Source: an uncultured virus (IMG/VR IMGVR_UViG_3300018878_000121) (lineage: Duplodnaviria > Heunggongvirae > Uroviricota > Caudoviricetes). Taken from it: 64,000 nucleotides of DNA. Of this stretch, positions 15,661 to 30,500 are shown one piece after another (position 1 is the first letter of the stretch; each line of letters begins with the position of its first letter). The translations under genes were made by a program, and so were the position numbers. The notes below the pieces were generated by a model that was not told where the DNA came from, did no database searches, and saw only the letters and a list, made by a program, of their open reading frames with translations. The stretch covers positions 62,001 to 126,000 of IMG/VR virus record IMGVR_UViG_3300018878_000121. One strand, written 5' to 3'.

Positions 15661-15834
15661 ATGACTTATGAAGATATTCAAATATTAGTAAATATTTATA
15701 ATACATTTTTAAGCGTTCATACATGTGGTGAAGATAGTTTTGCTATGACAGATTGTATGCGTGCTTTATATAAATTTATTGAAACTAAACAAAAGGAATA
15801 TATAGAAAAGCAAAAAGAGAATAAGGAGGCTTAA
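15661..15834 (+). CDS. Small hypothetical protein (57 aa)
   Basis: AAGGAG RBS before ATG 15661 (MTYEDIQILVNIYNTF...); ends TAA just before the next ATG. Confidence 0.7.
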   Translation: MTYEDIQILVNIYNTFLSVHTCGEDSFAMTDCMRALYKFIETKQKEYIEKQKENKEA

Positions 15835-15835
15835 T

Positions 15836-18082
15836 ATGAGCAAATTATATCCTCCAGTTATAGAGGGAATTATTCCAGCTTTTTATGCTAATGATGATGG
15901 GACAGCTAATTTAGTTGTCCCATTTTCTATGAATCCAACGGTTTCTTGGAATGAAGTTGGAAATATTAGATTACAATTAAAAACAGTTCAAAATTTAAAT
16001 ACTAGATTAGTTGATACTGGATATTATACAGATTATTCTCAAAAAGATAAAGTAATATTTTCTTTTACAGAGCAAGCAGTAAAAGAAAATTTAAATATTG
16101 GTTAGCATTATAAAGTATAGATAGCTTATCAAGATATTGATGGTGATGTCGGTTATTATTCTACTGTTGGTGTAACTAAATTTACAACAAAACCTACAAT
16201 ATATATTGAAAAATTAAATGAAGGAATAAAAAATTATCATCAGTATACTTATATTGGAGTATATTAGAATATTGATGATAAAACTGAAAAAGTTTATTCT
16301 TATGAATTTAATTTATATGATGAAAATGATAATTTAATTAAAGCATCTGGTGAATTAATTCATGACAATACTTAGAACACTTAGTTGGGTTCTTCTGAAG
16401 ATAAATTTGATATTATGAATGATTTAGAAGAAGATAAAATTTATTATTTGTAGTATAAAGTAACTACAATTAATGGATTAATTGAATATTCTCCTAAATA
16501 TAAAATTGTCCAAAAGTAGAGTATTAATGTAGATATTGAAGGTAAATTGACTGCGGAAATAGATAATGAAAACGGGTGTGTGCGATTATTTATTAATACT
16601 GATAATTCAGTAATTGGTGATTTTAGTATTTTACGCTCTAGTATTAAAGATAATTTTACTGAATGGCATGAACTATATAAATTTAGATTGTAGAGTCAAT
16701 TAACACATAGTTTAGAATGGATTGATTTTAATGTAGAACATGGTGTAGAATATAAATATGCTTTATAGCAATTTAATTTGCATGGAATAAAATCAAATAA
16801 ACAATTTTCTGTTAATATTATTCCATATTTAGAACATTCTTATTTATATGATGGTGAGCGTTAGTTAAAAATTAAATTTAATCCTAAAGTTTCTTCTTTT
16901 AAAGATATTTTATTGGAACAAAAAACAAATACTATTGGTGGTAAATATCCTTTTATTTTTAGAAATGGAAATGTTTATTATAAAGAATTTCCAATATCAG
17001 GATTAATTTCATATCAAACAGATGAAGATTTTTTCTTTATTAAGCAATAGGAAGAATATAACCCAGTAACTGATTTAACTTATGAAAATATTAATAATGA
17101 AAAAGATTTTAAACTTGAAGTATTAAAATGGTTAAATAATGGAAAACCTAAACTATTTAAGTCGGCAACAGAAGGTAATTATATCGTAAGATTAATGAAT
17201 GCGTCTTTGTCACCGACCGATTAGCTTGGCCGCATGCTCCATACTTTTAGTACAACTGCTTCTGAAATCGCAGATTATACATATAATAATTTATTAAAGT
17301 ATAATATTGCGAGAATAAAAAATCCTATTTATTAGAATCTTAATTGGAAAACTATTGATATTGCTACTGGATTAAGAGAAGATTATACTGTTAATTTTAA
17401 TGAAAAAGAAATGTTATCTTTATTAATTGAGGATGGAACCCCAGAAGATTTAATTTTAATTATAAATGGTTAGAATTATGGTGATGCTAATCCAAATAAT
17501 AATACATATATTGATAGTGACAGTAATGAAGTAGAAGAAGAAACTGATGATGGATTAGATGATTCACATGAAAATACTTGGGTTGAAGGTGTCGGCACTA
17601 ATAATTATGGTTTTATTGCTTAGTTAGATAAAAATGGTAAATATTATATAGATTTAAAAAACAATAATAAAATTACAGCAGTGCGTTTTATAGATAAATC
17701 AATTTAGCATAAAGGTTTATTAACATATGCTTATAATAATATTGAAAAAAGTAATTTTGATTCAATTATTGATTATAGTTTAGAAAGTTTTTCAAATTCT
17801 TATGAAAATTAGATTTATGATATAATATCTGAAATTGAAGATGAAAATACTACAATACAAAAAATTAATTATATTTATGCTACTGTAACTAGTTCCAATA
17901 GAGACACAACATTAAATTTTGATGGAAGAATAATTGATGTTAAAGATATTGGAGAATATAAGATGTATGATTTTGATAGAGTCAATTCTTTAATTTGCGG
18001 TGACGGACTTAGAGTTGATATTATGTGCGATATTCAAAAAGTTATTTATGAAGGAGGAGAAAATAATGAATCCTCTACTTGA
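15836..18082 (+). CDS. Tail/baseplate structural protein (~748 aa, TAG=Gln)
   Basis: MSKLYPPVIEG start; frame continues through TAG to TGA 18080-18082, overlapping the next ATG; lies within the tail module. Confidence 0.7.
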
Positions 18083-20876
18083 TAAAGATTTTTTAATTAA
18101 ATTAGATGAATAGATTAATAAAGAGGTTTATGTCAGATTAATTACAATGACATATGATGAAGAACCTCTTGAATAGATTGAAGGTGTAGCGACCGGAGGT
18201 TCTATTAATATTGATGGAACCTCTGCGGTCCGCCGCACTTGCTCTATTAGTTTAGTTACTAAAGAATTAAATATTAATTAGTTTTATTGGGGCTTGAATA
18301 ATAAGTTTAAAGTTGAAGTAGGATTATTAAATTTAATTGATACCAGATATCCTGATATTATTTGGTTCCCGCAAGGAACATATATAATTACTAATTTTAA
18401 TATTAATTATACTACTAATAATTTTACTATTAGTATTAGTGGCAAAGATAAAATGTGCTTATTAAATGGTGATATTGGTGGTAATTTAACAGCATCAATT
18501 GATTTTGGAGTTGAAGAATATGTAGATTTAAAAAATAATATTACATATTATAATCATATTCCAATTAAAGATATTGTGCGTGAAGCAGTCCATACATATG
18601 CTAGAGAGCCTTACCATAATATTATTATTAATGATTTAGATGAAACAGCTGTTGAACTCTTGGAATATCGTGGTGATACTCCTTTATATTTATTATATAA
18701 TGAAATAGCTGGTGTATATGAAAATTATATTTTAAATGGAGATACGCCTTGCTGGATATTATATGAAGATAATAGTGTTAGTGAAGAGATTACTTTAGCC
18801 ACAATTGAAAGTATTGGTGGTTCTTATGATTCTAGAGTAGAACTTGCCCCGGATGAAAGCCGAGGAAGTAGTATAATTTTTGATAGTAATAAATTTCCAA
18901 TATATAGAATTGCTAAAATAACATATGGTTAGACTGTTGGATATAGAGCAACTGATTTAACTTATGCTGGTGAATTAATTAGTAATACTGGAGATAGTTT
19001 GACTTCTATTTTAGATAAAATTATTCAAATGCTTGGTAATTATGAATATTTTTATGATTTGGAAGGTAGATTTACGTTTTAGAGAAAAAAGACTTATTTA
19101 CAAACTTCTTGGAATAATATAAAAAAAGTTGGTGATGAAGAATATGCGGATAGCGCAGCATATACTTCATCTACTATCTATAATTTTACCGATAACAAAT
19201 TAATCACATCTTTTTCTAATCAGCCAAATTTAACTAATTTAAAAAATGATTATTCTATTTGGGGAATGCGAAAAAGTATATCTGGTATTGATATTCCTAT
19301 TCATTATAGATATGCGATTGATAAAAAACCAAAAGCATATAGAAAAATTACAGTTACTGAAGAAGATATTAGTGGTTATAATGCTGATAACCCTGAAACG
19401 CCAATGAAACCTACAGAATGGGAAACAATAGAAAATGCGCAAGTTTATCTATCTAAAGATTATGATTGGCGTGAATTAATTTATCAAATGGCTTTAGATT
19501 ATTATGCTTATAATCAATTAGAGAATTTTACTGCTAAAATAATTGAAGCAAATAAAGATTATGCTAATGAAACTGGAAGCTATTTAGATGGTACTACTGG
19601 ATATGAATAGTATTATATTGATATATAGGGATTCTGGCGGCAATTATATGACCCACAGTATAATGACCATCCAGAATATATATTACATAAAGATGAAATA
19701 AATAATGAATTTAGTTTAGACGAAGAAAAACCTCTTTATACTGTTGGTCATTATGTTAGAGTTAATGAAGAAGATGTTATAGATAGAAATTAGGTATTTA
19801 CTTTATGGAAAAATTCAGAAACAAATAAATATGAATTACAACCATTATTAAATGTATATCCTATAGATTTTGAAGGTTCATTTAAAACAGATGAAGATGG
19901 TAATTATTTACCTTCTGATACTTTCTATATTGCGAATATAAATGGCACATTTTCACCTATTGCTTACGAAAAAAAACAATGGGTAGAGAAAGGCGAATTA
20001 TATATAAAAAATCCTAATCAAAATGAAACTGATACACGAGAATATATTTTATTAATTGATTCAATCTCTTCTATAGATTATCCTTTCTATGTATATAAAG
20101 ATAAAGAAGAGAAAGATGGTATATAGGTTGATTTAATGATAGATATTACCACAGAGGCAGATATTGAATTATAGTCACTTTATTATGATAGAGAGAGTAA
20201 AAAATATCAAAAATATTTAGTAAGAAATTATTTAGATATTAGTGGAACAAAAATTGTAGAAGGTTCTGTTCCTGATTATATTAAAATTAATTATTATGAA
20301 AAAGATGATAAATTTATTTCTAATGTAGATAATTCTGAAAAATATGGAGAATATAAAAATTGGAATAAAATGATAATTGATGAACCTTCATCTTTAAATT
20401 TTTGGTTTGATTTTTTAGATGCTGAAAGTGAATTAGGGAAATATTCAGTTTCAATGATTGGAGATAGGACAAAAGTTATAAATGATAATACAATAACTGC
20501 GATATATTTTAGAGAGGTTCCTAATTTAATATTTACTACTTATGAAGATTATAAGAAAAATAATTTAAAATTTATGTCTAGTTATTTACCAGTATTTGTT
20601 TAGAGTAATCTTGAAAGTTTGTTTAATATAAGCTCACAAGGTAAATCTGCAAAAGATGAATTAGATTAGTTACTTTATAATTATTCATATTGTATTGAAA
20701 ATATAACAATTCAGGCTTTACCAATTTATTATTTGACTCCGAATACAAGAATTTTTATTTCAGATAATGAAAGTCAGATTAATGGAGACTATATAGTTAG
20801 TAAAATTTCTCTTCCATTAACTTATAATGGAACGATGTCTATTACTGCGACTAAAGCTCCAAAACGATTGCTTTAA
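18066..20876 (+). CDS. Tail/baseplate hub-like protein (~936 aa, TAG=Gln)
   Basis: GGAGG RBS; fragments 18294, 19266 and 20370 in frame; GGSINIDGTSAVRRTCSISL and ISISGKDKMCLLNG motifs resemble siphovirus tail hub proteins; TAA at 20874. Confidence 0.7.
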
Positions 20877-20893
20877 TAGAAGGAGGAATTAAA

Positions 20894-21229
20894 ATGGCAA
20901 AAACTATTATGTAGTTTAGATATTATAATGAAACTGATAAAACAAAAAATTATCCAAAAAATTTAGCAAAATCGCAATTAACATAGGGAAGTGTTTTTAA
21001 AGATTATTTACCTTTTACATATATGAAAATTTATGCTCCTACTGGAACAAAATTTTTTTTAAATGGAAATAATAATTCTCCTATTTTGATTGGCACATCT
21101 GGAATATATGAATTAGACTTAGAAGGTATTGCTGAAATTACGAGTTTAAAATTTGATAATACTTCTATTGAGAATATTAACAATAATGAAAATAGTTATT
21201 TAACTATTGATGTTATTTGTAATAAATAA
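20894..21229 (+). CDS. Hypothetical structural protein (111 aa, TAG=Gln)
   Basis: AGGAGG RBS, ATG 20894, in frame with fragment 21023-21229. Confidence 0.75.
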
Positions 21230-21254
21230 AAATTATAAGAAAGGAAAATATTAA

Positions 21255-22283
21255 ATGGCAGATATTGTTTATAATTATGTAAAATTTATGCGCGGTACAC
21301 CTACTGCGTTTAAAAATCTTGCCTCTAAGAATAAAGATACTTTATACTTTATTCATGAAGAAGATGCTATTACTGGTTAGCTTTATATTGGTGATATTTT
21401 AATTTCTGATAATTTAGAAAATGATAGTAGTGCTATAGTTGCTAAATTATCTGATTTAGAAGATGTAAATATTACTGGTGTTATTGATAAACAAGTTTTA
21501 GGTTATGATGCTAATACTGGTAAATGGATTCCTGTAACTTTAGAACAAGCTATTGATGTTGCTCCAATGATTGGTGCGACTGCTGATACTGATGGTATTG
21601 AAGGTCTTGTTCCTGCTCCAAAAGCTGGAGATGAAGGAAAATTCTTGCGTGGTGATGGTACTTGGGCAGAAGCTTTAACAGAATCTGGTGAAACTATTAC
21701 TATCATTCAAGAAGATGTTTCTAATTTAAAAGAGCTTTTAGGAGCTCCTGCTTCTGAATCAGAAACAGCAACGGGTATTTATTAGATTTTAGATACAAAA
21801 GCTAATACTTCAGATGTTGCTAATTTAATTGCTGCTGAAGTAGCAAAGTTAGACCATTTAAAAAGAATAACTGTTAATTCTATTGACGATATAGATATTT
21901 CAGCTGAAAATGCTGAAGAATATATCTATATGGTTCCATCTAATGATTCAGAAGATAAAAATGCTTTTGAAGAATATATGGTAATTAATGGAAAACTTGA
22001 AAGATTAGGAACTTATTCTATTGGTTCAGTTGGTGAAGAAAATTTAATTAATGCTATTAACACTAACGAATTTGTTATTTCAACTGATGGAACAAAAACT
22101 TTAAATTTATTAGAAGTTCCAGCTACAAAAATCGTTGATTTAGAAAATAATTCTACTTTCACTGTTTTATAGACAGAAGTTGGTACATTAACCACTGAAT
22201 TAACATAGGTGAATACACGCGTAGCTAGTATTGAAGAAGCAATTGCTGAATTACAAGAAAATTCTTCTTGGGGTTCTATTTAA
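21255..22283 (+). CDS. Tail fibre-like protein (342 aa, TAG=Gln)
   Basis: KFMRG..TLYF..LYIG N-terminus; GLVPAPKAGDEGKFLRGDGTW motif typical of phage fibres; ends WGSI-TAA. Confidence 0.75.
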
Positions 22284-22308
22284 TTTAATATAAAGGAGAT
22301 AAAAAATT

Positions 22309-24438
22309 ATGGCTAACGTAATGTTTAAAAGAGGCCTATCTACTGTCCTTCCTTGGAATAATGCGCAAGATGGTACTTTTTATTTAACTAGTGATACTAA
22401 TAGATTATATGTTGGTAATGGTACAACTCTTGCTGAACTTAATCGTTATGTAAAAACCGTTCAAACAATTAATGATTTAAGTAATTTAAATGCTCATGAA
22501 AATGATTTTGCTTATATTCTTGATAAGAATATTTTAGCAGTATACGCACCAAATAAAGATAATTCTAATGTATTAGAATGGCATCAAGTAAATGTAAATA
22601 CTAATACTGATACTTCTGTTACTGAAGTTTCTTTTAGTGATGGTACTGTTGTTGATGCTACTGATGATAGAGAAAAATCTATTAAAATTGATATGACTTT
22701 AATCCAAAAGAATAAAGATGTTCTTACTGGGGTTACAAGTGATGCTGGTTCAATTACTCAATCTTTCTATATTCCAGCTTCTGCTTTCTCTACAATGGAA
22801 ACTAATGCTGCTGTTACTGCCACTGTAAATGTAAGTGATGGTGTAGCTACCATTAAAAATACTGGCACTGGAGCCGCAGGTGAAGGCTTTACTGTTAGTG
22901 GTGGTACTAATATTACTATTAGTGGAGATAGCGCTGGTATTACAATTACAAGTAGTGATACTACATATGATGTAAAAGTTGAAGGCACTGAAATTAGTTT
23001 AATTGATTCTAATGATAGTCAATCTATTACTAAAGTAAGTATTGTAGGCGATAATGATTGGATTGAGACTTCTAATGAAAATGGTAATATTAAAATTACT
23101 CATGCTTCTAAAGAAGTTTCTAAACCAACAGCAGTTAACGGAGGAGAGCTTACAGAAGATAAAAAGTTCACTGTAATTACTGGTTTAACTGTTGATGATA
23201 ATAATCATGTTACTGGTATTGCTACTACAGAATATGAAGCGAAAGATACAACCTATGCTCCTGAAATTGGTTTAAATAGTGATAAAGAATTATATGTGTC
23301 ATTAGTAAATCAAGATGATTTGATTTGGGATTCAGAATCACTTGATATTTCTCATAAAATTACTATTGATGGCCAAGAATATAACGTAAAACCTGGAGAT
23401 AATCTTGGTGAAATTTATTCTAAAGGTGAAATTGATAGACAATTAAAAGCACTTAATGGTATGACTTATAAAGGTGTGGTCAATAGTGAATCTGAACTTC
23501 CAGATGTTGCGCATATTGGTGATACTTATAAAGTTGGCACAGCTTTTGATATGTCAATTAATGGCATTACCATCAATCTTAAAGTCGGAGATTTATTAAT
23601 TGTTAATAATTCTGATGAAAATGATGATGGCCAAATAACTGCTGATATTGCATGGGATAGAATTGAATCTGGTGAAGCTGCTGATACTACTTATGATTTA
23701 ACTGCTACTAATAATACCATTACTTTAACTGATAGTCATGGTGCAGCAGATATTATTCCAGTTTCTGGCGATGAAATTATTACTTTAACTGCATCTGATA
23801 ATGAACTTATAGCAACTCATAAAGAATATGATGAAGCTACTGCCACTGATGGTGGTGACGAAACTATTAGTGCTGGTGGAACATTTACTGCTGTTACTGG
23901 TATTGCTACTGATGGTTTTGGTCATACTACTGGTTTTACTACTAAAGATTTTACTATTCCAGGAGCCGATAAAGTTACTGCTGATGCTTCTCTTGTAAAA
24001 CTTACTTTAAAAGATGCTAATGATGTTGAATAGGGTAGTATTGATTTAGATGCTGGTGCAGAATTAACTATTACTGGTACTTCTACTGATAGTAAAAATT
24101 TAGTAGCTACAATTGCTCATAATAAAGTAACTAAAAATAATACAACTGGAACTGTTGCTCCTGTTCATGGTACTGGAACATTTGATGTTGTTGAAAGTGT
24201 TACCTATAATGATTATGGTCATGTAACTGGTGTAAAGACTACAACAGTGACTCTTCCTGCTGAAACTACTTATTCAATTCATGGTGTGACTGCCGCAGAT
24301 AATGTTGCTACTTGGGAATTAAAGAATAATTCTGATGAAGTAATGGGTAATCCTATTGCAATTACTTCTAGTAGTTTAAAGGTTGCTACTAATGCTAGTT
24401 CCTAGGCTACTATTGAACTTGAATGGGGTTCATTTTAA
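22309..24438 (+). CDS. Tail fibre-like protein, Thr/Asp-rich with repeats (709 aa, TAG=Gln)
   Basis: 574-aa ORF extended through TAG at 24031 to TAA 24436; FKRG..DGTFYLTSDTNRLYVG N-terminus; repeated FT(V/A)(I/V)TG..(D/N)..GH(V/T)TG units; ends WGSF. Confidence 0.8.
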
Positions 24439-24498
24439 TAAATAAATTGGACAAATGATATTAGTTTCTTTGAAAGAAAATTGAAATTTAAAGAAGAA

Positions 24499-24535
24499 AA
24501 GGGATGAAGAATTAATTTCTTCATCCCTTATTTTA
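24499..24535 (+). terminator. Stem-loop, probable terminator or RNA-processing hairpin
   Basis: AAGGGATGAAGAA...TTCTTCATCCCTT followed by ATTTT. Confidence 0.7.
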
Positions 24536-24559
24536 ATTTGTGCGAAAGGAGAAATTAAT

Positions 24560-27500
24560 ATGGGAAACAATGCTGTTTTTCGTGTTGCTCGTGGATTAGA
24601 TGAAAAAATAAATCAATTACCGTATGATGATGGTAAAGTTTATTTTGCTATTGATACTAAAAAAATTTATTTAGATGCGAATGAACAAAGAACACCAATG
24701 GGTGGAAATACTGGTATTTATTATGGTAAAGCCGATTTTACTGGTGAAATTGGACCAACTTTTATCTTTAAATTTGAAGATATTGATGGTGATAATTTAC
24801 CTAATATTAATGATTTAATTTTAAATAGCGATGGTAGTTTCTATAAAGTTATATAGATTTTAAATGAAGATGGTGAAATCTTTACCGAAAAATTAACAAT
24901 TGCTGGTTCTGGTGGAGGAGGAGCTAATCCAGATGAACCTAGAGGAGAAATTAGTGTTGATATAAAATTTGATTCTACTGTAATTGTTGGTGAAAAAATT
25001 TTATTAAAAATTAAATTATTAGCAACAGATGCAGAGGGCCAAAATACTGGTGATGGCCGATATGAAATTAAATTATAGAATATATTAAAAAAGAGCGGTA
25101 CTTTAATTAATTCTGCAGGAGAAGATGAAGCTATTGAAAATTTAATTGATATTACTGATTTGTGTGTATTACCTGGAGATTATACTTTTAGAGTGAATTG
25201 CTATGCAGATACTGGTAATCTTGAACCTGAAGTAGTACCAAGAAACATTAAAATTAAAGTAGTTAATTTTACTACTACTTGGAATTATACAGATACTACT
25301 ATTAATAGTGTTTATTCTGATTTTACTATGACTTGGAGTACTAATGTTCAAGATGATAGTTATAGAGCTTATATTGTAATTGATGATATTTATCCTTTTG
25401 ATATTAAAGGAACTTCACTACATATTGCAAAAGAAAATTTAGCTGATTATGGTTTAAAACATGGCGCTCATAAAATTGAATTACAATCTTTCGCTAAATT
25501 TGGTAATAGTTTAACTGAAAAATCAAGTAATAAGATTATAAAAAATGTAATCTTTTATGATAATGATCCAAATATAACAAATTATATTATTGCTTGTGAT
25601 TTCTTTGAAACTAATGTATAGCAATATAATACAATTCAATTACCAGTAATGATTTATCATGCAAGTAATATAAATGGTACAGCAACAATTACATTTAAAA
25701 CAAATAATAAAGTAACTGAATTAACAAATTGTAAAAATTTAACTAAATATATTTTTACTTATACTCCAGATAAAGCAGGATTTATTCCATTACAATTTTT
25801 AAGTGGTGGAACGACATTAGATTTAAATTTAAATGTAGAAGCTTTAGATATTAATGTTCAAGAAGTTTCTGGTTATGAATTTAAATTTAAAGCAACAGAT
25901 TTTGCTAATGATGAAGAAGTTAAACAATGGACTTGTAAGAATAAGCAAATTGAATTTTCTGAAAATTTTGACTGGATTAATGGCGGTTTAAAAAATGGAG
26001 ATAATGATATCGGACCTTATTTTAGAATACAAGCTGGACATTGGATGAAAATTCCTTATAAACTTTTTGAAGAAGATTTAAAAAATACTGGTGCTTGTTT
26101 TAAAATGGTTTTTAAAGCTTATAATTGTAGAGATTATGATGCTACATTTATTAATTGTTTATCAAATGATAAAGGATTGGAAATGAAAGCATAGGGTGCT
26201 AATATCATATTAAATTCTAAAAAATCATTAAATACTCGTTATTGTGAAGATACATATATTGAATATGAATTTGATATATGCAAATTTAATGAATCTAATA
26301 GAAGTGACCAATATTATACAATTTGGTTAGATGGTATACCTGCCAATGTTGATAATATGGGTATTACAGATTCATTTTTACAAGCTAATGCGCAAGATTT
26401 AATTATTGGTTCAGAAGATTGTGATGTATTTATTTATTTAATTAAATTTTATAAAAAACATTTAACATTTAATGAACATTTATAGAATTTTATTATTGAT
26501 GTACCAAATGCTAATGAAATTTTATCAAGATATGTACGTAATGATATAATTCTTAAAGATTCTTATGGTAATGAATATATATCTCCTGAATTATTAGCTG
26601 AAAAAAATCCAGAATGTAATGTCTATTTGCTTGAAGTGCCATACATTCCAACTTCCAAAGATGATGTAAGTATTCCTAATCCAGATGATCCAAATAATCC
26701 TAATAAAGAATGTTGTACTTTTTCTCATTTAAAAGGTAGTAAAAATCATTTACGTGATTATAGTGGTGTTAAAGTACGCGCGCAAGGTACATCTTCAATG
26801 GACTATGGCATAGCGGCTTATAATATGGATATTAAATTTCCAGAAAAATGGAGTATGGATGAAGAAGCAATTCCAGTAAATTATATGAATATGAAAGTTA
26901 ATGTTGCTTCTTGTGAAGGAGCAAATAATGCTTTAAATCAAGAATGGTATAATAGATATTAGCCATATAAAACTCAAAAACGTTTAGCTAATAAAAATGC
27001 TCGTGATACAATGGAATTTAAAAATGGCGTTGTATTTATTAAAGATAATAATACAAGTACAAATAGTGCTCCAACAAATAATAATGCTTTTGTTGAAATT
27101 GAAGGATATGTAAATAAACCTTATCATCGTATGTATTCTATTTGTAATTTAGGTAATTCAAAAAAGAATATAGATGTATTCCATGGTCAAGGTAATTAGT
27201 ATGAGTGCTGTGTTGAAGTAAATGATAATAATACTAGCGGACAACGTATGGTTTCACTTAATGGTTTTTATGAAGCTAATAAAGACTTAGGTGTTGAAGA
27301 ACATGAAGTAGAATTAAATTTAAGTGATGATTTATTTGATGAAAACGGTTTTGTTAAACCAGGAGTTGATTGGGGAAAAACCTATGATGCCCAACTTGAA
27401 GGCAATGAAAATTTTACTGAAGAATAGAGATGGATTGATAATAAAATGCTATGGAATAATGCAATAATAAAAGAAGGTATTTATGGTTTTAGATATTGCA

Positions 27501-30500
27501 TTGATAAAGATGATTTTATTGCATCTGAAGAATTTCCTACTTATGATGATTATGAATAGGAAATTAGTAATAGATTTTTAAGATTAGTTAGATGGTTTGT
27601 AAAAAATAATCCTTCTCAAGCTACTAACGCTCCATTAGAAAATCCAATTGAATTTCCAACTTATATAATTAAAGGTATTAAAGAAACCGCTTATGCTAAC
27701 TATAATGCTACTGAAATATTAGCTGGTACAGAAGTTAAAGAAGGACTTACATTTACAGTAGATTCTTCTGCCTATAGAGTTGCAAAAATGCTTAGAGAGA
27801 GTGAAAATTATTTAATTTTAGACTCTATTTTCTATCATTATATTTTTATTGAACGACACAGTATGTTAGATAATGTTGCTAAGAACACGTTCTGGAATAC
27901 TGAAGATGGTATTCATTGGGAATTAACTAAAAACTATGATAATGATACAGCGGATGGAATTAATAATAGTGGACATTTAGCACTTGATTATGGCGTTGAA
28001 ATTATGGATAATACAACTGATGGAAAAGAAATATTTAATGCTAGACCTTCATCATGGTTACATTTCGCACACGGATGTTTATCATTAAGAGAAAAAATGT
28101 ATTCTGCATTATTTAATACAAAGGATGATACTAATGCTTGGTCTGCTAATAAATACTTAGAATTATTTGAAAGTTGGCAAAATGCTATTCCAGAAATTTG
28201 TTGGATTCAAGATTTTTATAGAAAATATTTTAGACCTAATGATATTTATGGTGATGCATCTTATTTAGCGCGTTTAGCGAGTGGTAAAAAAACACATCAA
28301 AGAAAATAGTATGAACTTTATCAAGAACAATATCTTGATTCTGAATATAAAACATGTGCTAGACGTGGTGAAGCTATTTCCTGGCGTTCTATGTAGCCAA
28401 GTGATCCTGAAATTATGATTGATAATAAATATGTTTTAGGAGCTACTGTAAAAATGTATGCTGATGGATATTTTGCTATGGCTCTTGCTAATGGAGCTGG
28501 TACAGAAGAATCTGTAAATATTCATATAAGAGGTAAAAAAGGTTAGTTAATTAATTTCTCAAAATCTTAGGAAACAAATTTTAATGATGCGACTTGTTAT
28601 ATATATGGTCCAAGTTTATATCAAGAATTTATTCATGCTGAATCAATATATCCTAGTTATATTACAGCTACAAATGCAACTAAATTAAGAAAATTTAGTC
28701 TTGAACCAATGTATAATAGTTAGAAAATTATGCTTAAAACTAGCTTATCTTTTGGAGATAATTTAGAAGAATTAATTTTAAAAGATTGTTTAAGTATTCT
28801 TGATGAAACTAGTGGAAAACCAACCAGTATTGACTTAAATTTAAAGAATTGTGTACGCTTAAAAAAGATTGATACAACTAATAGTACTTTATTTGCAAGT
28901 TATGAAATTGCAGATGGTGCTCCATTAGAAGAATTTTATATTCATCAACCAACTGGTTTATATTTATAGAATTTAAGATATTTAAATAAAAATAAATTCA
29001 ATATTGAAAATTATGATTCATTAACATCTATTTAGATTAATAATATTGATTATAATGATATTAATAGTATTGATATTTTAAATAATGTTTATAGACATAA
29101 TAATTCAATTATATATAATTTAGAAAATGTAAAATGGAAGTTTAATAATGAAGATAATATCACCGATACTAATATTCCACTATTGGATTATTTGTTAACT
29201 CAATCATTAGCAATTGCTGGCAAAACGAAAGCTTTATCTTTAACAGGTTCAGCAATTATACCATATGAAGCATATGATGGAATTAACTTATTAAGTTTAT
29301 ATGAAAAATATGGATTAGATTCTGGTGAAAAAGATAATACTTATCCAAATTTAATTTTAAATTTCCTTGATAATAATGAAAATTCTAGATTATATACTAT
29401 CAATATTGAAAATGGTGATGGTTAGATTGTTTGGACAAGATAGGTAGATAATTTTAATACATTAACAAATGAGATTTTATCCAATAGTGCTTTGGGAGCT
29501 TTTGACGCAACTGCTGCAATTGCTAAATCTTATAGCAATGAATTTGTTTATAATTTTGCCAATTCTTGGGAATATATAATTAATAATGAAATTAAACCTA
29601 TAGAACCATTAGATGAATAGGGAATGTATTAGTATTTAGATATGTCTAAATTATAGAATGTTAATGAATCTAATATTACTATTCGTCCAGTATATATAAC
29701 AGATACTCGTTATTATACAATTCAAATATATGATGTGTGGGGAGAAAAAATTCATGAAGCAAAAGTTGAATATTTAGCTTCTTTTGATGAAGTGCGTCCT
29801 CCAGTTCTTCCATTAATGAATGATTCTAATTTGGAATTAGAAAAGACATATTATTTAAAAGGATATGGAACTGTTAGAACTGATAATAGTATCATTAATG
29901 AACAAGATTGGAAAGCCACAGCTGATTTAATTTTATATACAAAATTTGAAGAAAAAAATGTATATGATATTGATTATTCTTCTTATTTAGATATAGATAC
30001 AACTGGTACTGTATTAAATGGTTTAAAGAAAAATAAAAATGATGAATATATTTATTAGGGGCAGAAAATTGTAATTCCAAAGTCTATTCAAACGATAGCA
30101 ACTAAGGCTTTTGGTTTTGAACAAAACGATAAAGCACAAAGTAGTAAAACTAATTTAACAAAAGTTTTTTTTGAAACAAATAGTAATTTAATGTATATTA
30201 ATAAAGCTGCTTTTGGTTATTCTAACCTTGAATATTTTGAATTTGTTAATTCTATTGAAAGAATTGGTGAACAAGCTTTTAGAGGATGTAATTTATAGGC
30301 TATTAATTATAATGGTATATTAAAATTACCAACTTCTTTAAAACAAATTGGTTAGCATGCTTTTAATAGTTCTTTCGGTTCAATAACATAGAATGTAGAA
30401 TTATTCGTGCAGATCCCATCAACTATTATAGAAATAGATAGTTATGGTTTAGCTCACTGGGGACCAATAAAAGCTGATATTGCTATTGGTTCTTCCAATA

